Positions 1-7,544 of a DNA stretch of 64,000 nucleotides are shown here, piece by piece. This DNA comes from Candidatus Moraniibacteriota bacterium (GTDB taxonomy: Bacteria; Patescibacteriota; Minisyncoccia; Moranbacterales; UBA2206), in assembly GCA_026396175.1 (NCBI GenBank), contig JAPLXG010000008.1, positions 659 to 64,658 of the forward strand, read 5' to 3'. Positions within the stretch are counted from its first letter, which is position 1, and each line of letters opens with the position of its first letter. The notes under the pieces are model-generated. The model saw only the letters and a program-made list of their open reading frames with translations, did not search any database and was not told the origin of the DNA. Made by a program: the position numbers and the translations under genes.

Positions 1-771
1 AGGACACATCTTGATGATAAAATTCTTGCGGGAGGAAAAAGTCTCAGGGACATCGGCATAGGTATAAATGAAAAGGGTGAATTTGATGCAAGCCTCCTCG
101 GAGTAAGTGGCTGGAATGTAAACCAAGCTATAGAAAAAATTCTTAAAGCTTGTGGAGATACAGATGAAGAAATCAATAAATTCGTTCTTGATGTCGATGA
201 AATCAGCGGAGCCAATAAGAGTATCGGCTATGGAGGAATCATTGTTGACAAAAATGGTAAGCTCGTTAAAGCTAAAAATAAATGGCAACAAGCCCGGGCG
301 GCCATTGCAAAGCTCTCTACCGCTGGCGACACACAAGCCATTGCCAAAGAAACCCATCGTAATTATATTACTGGTGAGGGAATTGATCCTAGCACAGGCT
401 TCACCATTATTAATGCTGAGTTTGCCGAAATGGTAAGAGCAGGAATACCCGGCATTATAAAATCTCAAGTAAACCGTCATGCCCCAACTTTTTATCAGCA
501 AGTGGATAGTGAAGACACCCTCAAAGGCATGAGGTTTGAGCTTGATAGGCTCCGAGATGATCCTACGTATTTAAACTATTGGGATGACAATGCTGATGAT
601 GGAAAGGGTGGCAAGGGCGTGCTTGTTAATAAACGCATTACACCAGAACAGCATGAGCAAACTGCTCAATGGATAAGCGCCCAAGAAATTTATACAAAAA
701 CAGGGAAAGCAACAGCTGGGAAGCAGGCAGATCTTGATGAAATGAATAAGGCACTGCGTTCCACACCATAA
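1..771 (+). CDS. Partial CDS: C-terminal end of a large protein upstream of the T4SS-like cluster (possibly the tail of a VirB6-like protein)
   Basis: Frame 1 is open from base 1 (RTHLDDKILAGG...) into the listed 430..771 ORF. The VirB6 idea comes from position only. Confidence 0.6.
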   Translation, partial: RTHLDDKILAGGKSLRDIGIGINEKGEFDASLLGVSGWNVNQAIEKILKACGDTDEEINKFVLDVDEISGANKSIGYGGIIVDKNGKLVKAKNKWQQARAAIAKLSTAGDTQAIAKETHRNYITGEGIDPSTGFTIINAEFAEMVRAGIPGIIKSQVNRHAPTFYQQVDSEDTLKGMRFELDRLRDDPTYLNYWDDNADDGKGGKGVLVNKRITPEQHEQTAQWISAQEIYTKTGKATAGKQADLDEMNKALRSTP

Positions 772-869
772 TCAATAATAGATACTCAAGAAACGACTGC
801 CAATACTCATTTATCCTAAATAAATTCGGATCACTTACTTTGATAGGTAAGCCCACCTGTTAAAAAACT

Positions 870-2228
870 ATGAGCGAAAGAATCGAAAATTTAATTGACG
901 ATGCGAAAGATGCAATCGCCGAATATGATCCTGGTGAATCAAAAATTGTCCTAGAAAAAATAAAGGGATCATCTTTTGGTTATTCCAATTTTCCTGCTGA
1001 CCTACTCATTCAGCTACAACTCATAGCTTTTCAAAACATAGCTGAAGATGAAGCAATCTCTATTTTAAAAAATAACTGCTTGGAATCATTCCGATATGAC
1101 ATTGATTTAAGAGGTGGCATAACCGCGAGATTGTTTATCGAGCCCTATACGGTTCGCGATGAGTTGCGTAAAAAACTCAAAAAAGCGCTGATAGAAAATC
1201 AGCAAAAAATAGGCACAATGACGATTGGCGAATGGATTTCTGATTTCGAAGCAATGTTTGATGTCAAAACTCGCGAATTAACTGCCTCGGCAGAATTTAT
1301 TTCCAAACACCCCAAGGCAGTTTTTCTCGCCCCAAGTGAAAAAATTAAACTAAAAGAACTGCTCTATACCTATGATTATTTATTGGTTTCCACATTACCA
1401 GCAACCGGACAATCTCTAGAAAATCTTCTAGCTTCAGCTTCCAGCGGAATAAATTCCCCCTCCAATCTTCATTCTAATATAGCGCAGAGGAATGAGACAG
1501 AAAGAATACAAGGAATGAGAACGGAAAGTCTCCCCATAAGCATTGCTATGGAAAAATATCCTGAACTCGGCGAACAACTAATCACCTCATCGCACATCAA
1601 ACTAAAAGTCTTTCCTGAGCCGGTGCGACCATCGATCAAAAATTGGCTTTCTGACTACACTTTCACGGTGGGTGTCAGTAATCATGATCCAATTGTGCGC
1701 GGAAACTATTTGTTCAAGAGCGAAAATGGTCGCCCGCTTTCCACTGCTGACCGCGACAAATTAACCGCGATTCTCAAATCTTTTGAAGAAAAAACTCCGC
1801 TCGCCGTGAACACGAGCACCAAGCAAGTTGTTTTCATCGCGCAAGAAAGAAAAGACCTTCCGCAAAGACCGGCGATGAATTCAGGCGTCGCGCGCAATAA
1901 TTTTGATCCGGCAGAAATCAGAAGGGGACAAGAAAACAATCGTGAGCCACAAAGAACTTCAGCGCCACAGCAAAGATTTCAAACCGATGAGGAAAGAATT
2001 GCTGCTTGGCGAAGAGATTTGCCGCAAAAAGAAACGCTGGAAAACGGAAACGCCGCCGGAAATATTCATTTCTCTTCACCCCAAACATTCTCCACCGAAA
2101 AACCGGCTGAAGTTTCTCGCCCAACTCAAAACAATTATTCGCCCCCGCAAATTGCCAAAATAAATTATTCCACACCCCCAAGACCTTTGCCAAGAAATGT
2201 GGTAGACTTGAGGGAGGAGGAGAGATAA
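870..2228 (+). CDS. Hypothetical protein with low-complexity P/Q/N-rich C-terminus
   Basis: 452-aa ORF co-directional with neighbours; no recognised motif. Confidence 0.75.
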   Translation: MSERIENLIDDAKDAIAEYDPGESKIVLEKIKGSSFGYSNFPADLLIQLQLIAFQNIAEDEAISILKNNCLESFRYDIDLRGGITARLFIEPYTVRDELRKKLKKALIENQQKIGTMTIGEWISDFEAMFDVKTRELTASAEFISKHPKAVFLAPSEKIKLKELLYTYDYLLVSTLPATGQSLENLLASASSGINSPSNLHSNIAQRNETERIQGMRTESLPISIAMEKYPELGEQLITSSHIKLKVFPEPVRPSIKNWLSDYTFTVGVSNHDPIVRGNYLFKSENGRPLSTADRDKLTAILKSFEEKTPLAVNTSTKQVVFIAQERKDLPQRPAMNSGVARNNFDPAEIRRGQENNREPQRTSAPQQRFQTDEERIAAWRRDLPQKETLENGNAAGNIHFSSPQTFSTEKPAEVSRPTQNNYSPPQIAKINYSTPPRPLPRNVVDLREEER

Positions 2229-2729
2229 ATTTTCAATTTGAAATTAGAAATTTTAAATCAATATCAAATTCTAAATTAAGAAATGATAAAAGATCCTGAA
2301 AAGTATGATTTGGAACCGAGAACCCTAAGGTTTAGTGGAGGGGTGCTTGTTTTCATTAAGAAATTAAGCAAAGACATCATAAACACTCCGCTGATGAGCC
2401 AGCTAGTTCGCTCTGCGACTAGCATAGGCGCAAACTACTGTGAAGCTAATGGAGCAAGCTCAAAAAAAGATTTTCACAATAAAATATACATTTGCAAAAA
2501 GGAGTGCAAAGAAACAAAATACTGGCTAGAGCTACTCGCACAAGCAAACCCGGAACACAAAGAAGAAGGTAGAAAGCTCTGGAAAGAGGCTCAAGAACTA
2601 ACCTTGATATTTTCAAAAATAGCCCTAACATTAGAAGAAGACAAAAAAACCAAATAACCGCAATTTTATTTATTCAAAATTTAGAAATTATAATTTCATT
2701 TTAAATTTTAAATTGAAAATTTCAAATTA
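2227..2729 (+). mobile_element. Four-helix-bundle cassette: ORF flanked by AT-rich 7-nt-periodic inverted repeats
   Basis: Left flank AAATTTTCAATTTGAAATTAGAAATTTTAAATC is an inverted repeat of right flank ...ATTTTAAATTTTAAATTGAAAATTT. ORF-less copies occur at 3938, 5917 and 20063. Mobility is inferred. Confidence 0.6.
2283..2657 (+). CDS. Four helix bundle protein (23S rRNA intervening-sequence protein / Avd-like family)
   Basis: Family signature QLVRSATSIGANYCEA...SKKDF..KIYICKKECKETKYWLELL. Confidence 0.9.
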   Translation: MIKDPEKYDLEPRTLRFSGGVLVFIKKLSKDIINTPLMSQLVRSATSIGANYCEANGASSKKDFHNKIYICKKECKETKYWLELLAQANPEHKEEGRKLWKEAQELTLIFSKIALTLEEDKKTK

Positions 2730-3137
2730 ATGATATTCAACGTCCCCCAATTTATTGATATCGAAGACAAGCTCGTTGGGCCGCTGACGGCCAAGCAACT
2801 GGGCTGGTTGGCTTTGGGCGCTGTTGTGCTTTTGATACTTTACGGCCTTTTGGATAAATCCGCTTTTCTGCTTTCTGCTATCATTGTCGCCACAATTTCC
2901 GGAGCATTTGCTTTCTATAAACCCTACAACCAACCCCTGATCAAATTCATCACCTCCTCAATTCTGTTTGTCACCCGTCCCAAGATGTATATCTGGCGCC
3001 GTGTGCCGGAAAAAATTCAAAAAGCCAGCGCCAAAAAAGATACTGACACCAAAAAAACGACCCGAAAAACATTTGATGCCCAAAAAATAGCAGATATTTC
3101 GCAATTATTAGACATGAGAAACAATCAGAACCACTGA
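2730..3137 (+). CDS. PrgI family (VirB3-like) membrane protein
   Basis: N-terminus FNVPQFIDIEDKLVGPLTAKQ, two TM segments, upstream of VirB4. Confidence 0.85.
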   Translation: MIFNVPQFIDIEDKLVGPLTAKQLGWLALGAVVLLILYGLLDKSAFLLSAIIVATISGAFAFYKPYNQPLIKFITSSILFVTRPKMYIWRRVPEKIQKASAKKDTDTKKTTRKTFDAQKIADISQLLDMRNNQNH

Positions 3138-3171
3138 TTATCACGTGATTACATGCGATTTCACTGAAATA

Positions 3172-3236
3172 TCCTCCTCTTCCTCCGGGAGAGCCTGCCT
3201 GCCGGTAGGCAGGCTTCTCCCTAATGGAGAAGGGGA
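3172..3236. repeat. Collapsed GGGAGAG/CTTCTCCC palindromic repeat carrying the 20-bp insert at 3194-3213
   Basis: Left end and right end of the 6625/12230/59085 repeat family joined through CCTGCCTGCCGGTAGGCAGG. Confidence 0.8.
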
Positions 3237-3250
3237 TATAAATAAAATTT

Positions 3251-3937
3251 ATGGAAAAACTATATTCTCAAAAACTCGCCAAACAAGCTGCGGCGTCACC
3301 GACGCAACAATATTTGGATGTGGCGGAAGTCAAAGAAGATGTGATTGTGCTTAAAAACGGATCGATCCGCGCGGTTTTAGCTGTTTCAGCGATTAACTTT
3401 GAGCTGAAATCGACTGATGAGCAAGAAGCAATCATCAGCCAATACCAAAATTTCTTGAACTCGGTGGATTTTCCTTTGCAAGTGCTCATCAGTTCGCGAA
3501 AGCTAAACATCAACACCTATTTGGATTTTCTCACCACCAAAGAAAAGCAACAAAAAACCGAGTTGATGCGTTTGCAAATTTCCGAGTATAAAAATTTCAT
3601 CACGCAATTAGTTTCGATGTCGGATATTATGGATAAAACGTTTTACCTGATTGTGCCATTTTCGCCGATTGAAAATCAAGAGAAAAGTTTTTTCAGTAAT
3701 TTTTCCAATATGATTAACCCCCAAAAGGGTATTTTAGAAAAAAGAGAAGCCTTTGAAACCTACAAAAGCCAGCTCTACCAAAGAGTCGACCACCTCACCG
3801 CCGGACTTTCCGGCATCGGCGTGAAAATCATCCCCTTAAAAACCCAAGAATTGATTGAGCTCCTCTTTAATGCCTATAACCCGACCATTTATGATACGAA
3901 GGGCTATATTGATACGGAGAAGATGGAACTTAAATGA
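3251..3937 (+). CDS. T4SS-associated protein resembling the VirB4/TraC N-terminal region
   Basis: STQ-like start, INFELKS..EQEAII..YQNFLNS.DFPLQVLI motif, located between prgI and virB4. Confidence 0.75.
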   Translation: MEKLYSQKLAKQAAASPTQQYLDVAEVKEDVIVLKNGSIRAVLAVSAINFELKSTDEQEAIISQYQNFLNSVDFPLQVLISSRKLNINTYLDFLTTKEKQQKTELMRLQISEYKNFITQLVSMSDIMDKTFYLIVPFSPIENQEKSFFSNFSNMINPQKGILEKREAFETYKSQLYQRVDHLTAGLSGIGVKIIPLKTQELIELLFNAYNPTIYDTKGYIDTEKMELK

Positions 3938-4053
3938 AAATTTTCAATTTGAAATTTAAAATTTGAAATGAATTTTAAATGCTCAAATTAAATAATTTTA
4001 AATTTAGTAATTCAGATTTCATTTCAAATTTCTAATTTCAAATTTCTAATTTA
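3938..4053. repeat. ORF-less four-helix-bundle-type heptamer inverted repeat
   Basis: Resembles the left and right flanks of 2283..2657 joined together. Confidence 0.75.
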
Positions 4054-4058
4054 AGAAG

Positions 4059-5909
4059 ATGCTAAATCTATTCGCCAAAAAAGATCCCGCCGATGTTGCT
4101 TCGGCAAAAAAACCCGCTCCAACAAAGCCCCAGGATGAGGTTTTGGAGTCGGAAAAATATTATCAGGAAGGCCTCGCCAAGCTCAACGATATTATCGCGC
4201 CGGCGGCCATTCAGATTATGCCCAAATCGATCCGCATCGGAGAAACGATTGCGCAGACGATTTTTATCATTGCCTATCCGCGCTATCTGCACAGCAATTG
4301 GTTTTCGCCGATCATAAACATTGATATGCCGATCGACATTTCGATGTTTATCCATCCAGTGGATACCTATGACATCTTGAAAACCCTCAAAAAAAGTGCC
4401 ACGCAAGTGGAATCGCAAATTCAAATCGAACAAGAAAAAGGGCTCATCAGAAATCCCTCGCTGGAAACGGCTCAGCAAGATATTGATGAACTCAGAGATA
4501 AATTGCAACAAGGCACAGAAAAATTCTTCCGTTTCGCGCTCTACATCACAGCTTACGGCGACTCCGAACAATCCGTCACCAAAAGCATCAAAAGCATCGA
4601 AGCAATTTTGGAAGCGCAATTGGTCTATGTCAAACCGGCGGTTTTCAAATCTGAACAAGGCTTCAATTCATCACTACCGCTGGCCAATGATGAACTCGAC
4701 GTGGGAACCAATATGAACAGCTCGCCCCTTTCCACAACTTTTCCCTTTGTTTCTTCCACCCTTTCATCCAACACCGGCATTCTCTACGGCATTAATCGCC
4801 ACAACAACAGTCTGATTATTTTTGACCGCTTCCAGATGGAAAATGCCAATATGGTAGTTTTTGCCAAGTCCGGTGCCGGAAAAAGTTACACCGTCAAATT
4901 GGAAGTTTTGCGTTCAATGATGGTCGGCACTGATGTGATCATCATTGATCCGGAAAATGAATACCGCCATCTTTGCGATACCGTTGAAGGCACTTTCATC
5001 AAAATTTCACTTAATTCTACAAACCATCTCAACCCATTTGATTTGCCGCGCGTCGGAGAAGAAGATGATCCGGAAGATATTTTACGCAACAACATCGCCA
5101 ACCTTTTGGGACTTTTGCACATTATGCTCGGTTCCATCACACCAGAAGAAGATTCAGTTTTGGATCGCGCCATTCACGAAACCTATTCAATCAAAGACAT
5201 TACCGCTGAGGTGGATTTTAATTCGCTCGGCAAAGATTCTTTTCCGACAATGTCTGATCTCTACCAAGTTTTGCGCAGTTTGGACGGGGGAGAAGTGTTG
5301 GCCGTTCGCTTAGAAAAATATACGGAAGGAATTTTCGCCGGCTTTCTCAACCATTCCACTAACATTAAAGTTGATAACCAATTAGTTGTTTTCAATATTC
5401 GCGATATGGAAGAGGAATTGCGACCAGTGGCGATGTATATGATTCTGCAATTCATCTGGAACGAAATGCGCACTAATGTCAAAAAGCGCATCGTGCTCGT
5501 CGATGAAGCCTGGGTGATGATGAAATATGAAGACGCCGCTTCTTTCCTGTTTGGTGTCGCCAAACGTTGCCGCAAATACTTCACCGGCCTCACCACCATC
5601 ACGCAAGATGTCAATGACTTTCTTTCTTCCCGCTATGGCAAAGCGATTGTCACAAATTCTTCTTTGCAACTACTCTTAAAACAATCTCCTGCCGGCATTG
5701 ATGTCATTTCCGACACATTCTATCTCACTGATCAAGAAAAATTCTTACTCCTCGAAAGCAACGTCGGCGAAGGCATTTTCTTTGCCGGCACCAATCATGT
5801 CGCCATCAAGGTGGTCGCGTCCTATTCTGAAGACCAAATCATCACCACCGATCCGTCGCAACTGCTAGACATTGAAAGGGCGAAGAAAGAATTTGCCGAG
5901 GAAGAATAA
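4059..5909 (+). CDS. virB4: VirB4-like type IV secretion ATPase
   Basis: Walker A AKSGAGKS, IIIDPENEY, Walker B VLVDEAW, RCRKY..GLTTITQD. Confidence 0.92.
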   Translation: MLNLFAKKDPADVASAKKPAPTKPQDEVLESEKYYQEGLAKLNDIIAPAAIQIMPKSIRIGETIAQTIFIIAYPRYLHSNWFSPIINIDMPIDISMFIHPVDTYDILKTLKKSATQVESQIQIEQEKGLIRNPSLETAQQDIDELRDKLQQGTEKFFRFALYITAYGDSEQSVTKSIKSIEAILEAQLVYVKPAVFKSEQGFNSSLPLANDELDVGTNMNSSPLSTTFPFVSSTLSSNTGILYGINRHNNSLIIFDRFQMENANMVVFAKSGAGKSYTVKLEVLRSMMVGTDVIIIDPENEYRHLCDTVEGTFIKISLNSTNHLNPFDLPRVGEEDDPEDILRNNIANLLGLLHIMLGSITPEEDSVLDRAIHETYSIKDITAEVDFNSLGKDSFPTMSDLYQVLRSLDGGEVLAVRLEKYTEGIFAGFLNHSTNIKVDNQLVVFNIRDMEEELRPVAMYMILQFIWNEMRTNVKKRIVLVDEAWVMMKYEDAASFLFGVAKRCRKYFTGLTTITQDVNDFLSSRYGKAIVTNSSLQLLLKQSPAGIDVISDTFYLTDQEKFLLLESNVGEGIFFAGTNHVAIKVVASYSEDQIITTDPSQLLDIERAKKEFAEEE

Positions 5910-5916
5910 GTGACAT

Positions 5917-6050
5917 AATTTTCAATTTAAAATTTGAAATTTAAAATGAATTTTAAATGCTATAATTTTTAAAATTTAAATTTTTCTAGTTTGGATTTGA
6001 ATTAAAATTTTTTGCTTCAAGCTTATCCTTTGAGGGCAAATTTAAAATTA
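5917..6050. repeat. ORF-less heptamer inverted repeat with a nested 28-bp hairpin insert (6012-6039)
   Basis: AATTTTCAATTTAAAATTTGAAATTTAAAATGAATTTTAAATG...; the insert also occurs at 43337-43364. Confidence 0.75.
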
Positions 6051-6056
6051 AGAGTT

Positions 6057-6623
6057 ATGTCTCAAGAAGAAGAAAATCAAAAACGCTTAGAAGCGCAGAG
6101 AGAGGCTGATGAGGAAAACAACAGGGCACGAGAAACAAGTCAGCAAAAAAAGAGTCTGCGAAAATTAGCCAGCGAAATCGCTAGAGAAGCGGGAGTGACG
6201 GATACCGAGCATCTCCGGAAGTTTATCAGGCTCATAGATATTTTTTTTGCTGTTGCTATAATGACTTCTTTGCTGAAGGACATCTTTGATTTTCTCGGCA
6301 ATGCCATTCCCTATCTATACCTCATCTGTGTCGTTTTTGCTTTTATGGCGTCAATTGTCACCTGGGCAGCTATGCTTATTTGCGGAGCTGGCCTGCGTCA
6401 GCACAAAAGAAGATCGCTGATGAAAAGCATTTTTACCCGCAATAAATTAGCCATTCTATTCGCTGGTACTATTCTTGAAATACTCCCTATCCTAAATTTT
6501 TTTCCCATAGAAACAGTTACCACATTCGCTATTTTCATTTTAATTTTGAAAGAAAGAAGAGAAAGCGCCGCGGAAGAGGAAAGAGAAACTGCTCAACTGG
6601 CTAATGTTTATGCGCAAATTTAA
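6057..6623 (+). CDS. Membrane protein with charged N-terminus
   Basis: ATG at 6057 (the upstream extension lies in the repeat); 3-4 hydrophobic segments. Confidence 0.75.
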   Translation: MSQEEENQKRLEAQREADEENNRARETSQQKKSLRKLASEIAREAGVTDTEHLRKFIRLIDIFFAVAIMTSLLKDIFDFLGNAIPYLYLICVVFAFMASIVTWAAMLICGAGLRQHKRRSLMKSIFTRNKLAILFAGTILEILPILNFFPIETVTTFAIFILILKERRESAAEEERETAQLANVYAQI

Positions 6624-6624
6624 T

Positions 6625-6862
6625 TCCTCCTCGCCCTTAGGGAGAGCCCGCCTGCCGGTAGGCAGGGATGTCCGGAGGACAGGTGAGGCTACGGAATAGT
6701 TTTTTCAATACCTCTTCTCCCTTAGGGAGAGGATGTCCGTAGGACAGGTGAGGGAAGGGGCGTAGAAAAAAAGAAAACAATATTTAAATAGTGCCGGTTG
6801 ATTATTGAAAGGCTCTTCCCTCATCCGCCCTCCGGGCACCTTCTCCCTAAGGGAGAAGGGGA
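6625..6862. repeat. GGGAGAGG/CCCTCA palindromic repeat element with the 20-bp insert at 6647-6666
   Basis: Colinear with 59085-59310 and 12230-12388. Confidence 0.85.
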
Positions 6863-6872
6863 TATAAACAAA

Positions 6873-7544
6873 ATGTACCCGAAATTAACCCCAAAAAATA
6901 AACAAACCTTTTTCAAGACCAATCAGGAGTTGCTGGTCGGTTTTGGCGTCGCGCTTGTTTGCCTTTTTTCCAGCTTTATTTTCCCCGCGCAAAATACCGC
7001 GCAAATTATCACGAGAAATTTATTTTTTCTCGTTCTTCTTCCGGCGGCATACATAAAAATAATCCTCGGAAAAGACCTGGCTGATTTTGGTTGGAATTTG
7101 GAAAATAAAAAAGTGGCTTTGCCTTGGAGTATCGGCACGACACTTTTTACCCTACTCATTTTCTATTTGATGTTAAATTATACCGGACTCAAAACCGGCT
7201 ATGTTTTGGCGAGTTACCTGAAAAATAGCTTTTGGCTATTCCTTGCCTATGAACTGCTTGCAATCAATTTTGTCGTTTTTGTTTTCAGTTATTTTTTTCA
7301 AGGCTTCATTCTTTCCCTTTTTCAAAAGGAGTTTAGCCACTTCGCCATTGCCCTCCAAACCGTGCTATTTGTCCTGGCCATTTTTCTCGCCAAAGCACTC
7401 GCCTGGCAAACCGCGCCTTTCATTTTGCTTTCCGTCACAGCCGGCTTTCTCGCCTGGAAAACCAGATCATTTTTTTATTCGTATTTTATGAGTATTTTTG
7501 CTATAATAATTTTGGACGCTTATATTATTTATCTTACTAAATGA
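6873..7544 (+). CDS. Multi-pass membrane protein, CPBP/CAAX-protease-like, probably inactive
   Basis: About 7 TM segments; FSYFFQGFIL sits where the family has EE.FFRG, and the catalytic glutamates are absent. Confidence 0.6.
   Translation: MYPKLTPKNKQTFFKTNQELLVGFGVALVCLFSSFIFPAQNTAQIITRNLFFLVLLPAAYIKIILGKDLADFGWNLENKKVALPWSIGTTLFTLLIFYLMLNYTGLKTGYVLASYLKNSFWLFLAYELLAINFVVFVFSYFFQGFILSLFQKEFSHFAIALQTVLFVLAIFLAKALAWQTAPFILLSVTAGFLAWKTRSFFYSYFMSIFAIIILDAYIIYLTK

Noticed and set aside
2283-2657. Diversity-generating retroelement suggested by Avd-like proteins
   Set aside because: No reverse transcriptase and no template/variable repeat pair differing at adenines was seen.
3145-3354. ORFs or N-terminal extensions reading through repeats (3145, 6012, 6798, 12189, 12376, 36548-36604, 59241)
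   Set aside because: They are translations of the palindromic repeats (PHPPSGHLLP, CLPVGR); better starts lie downstream.
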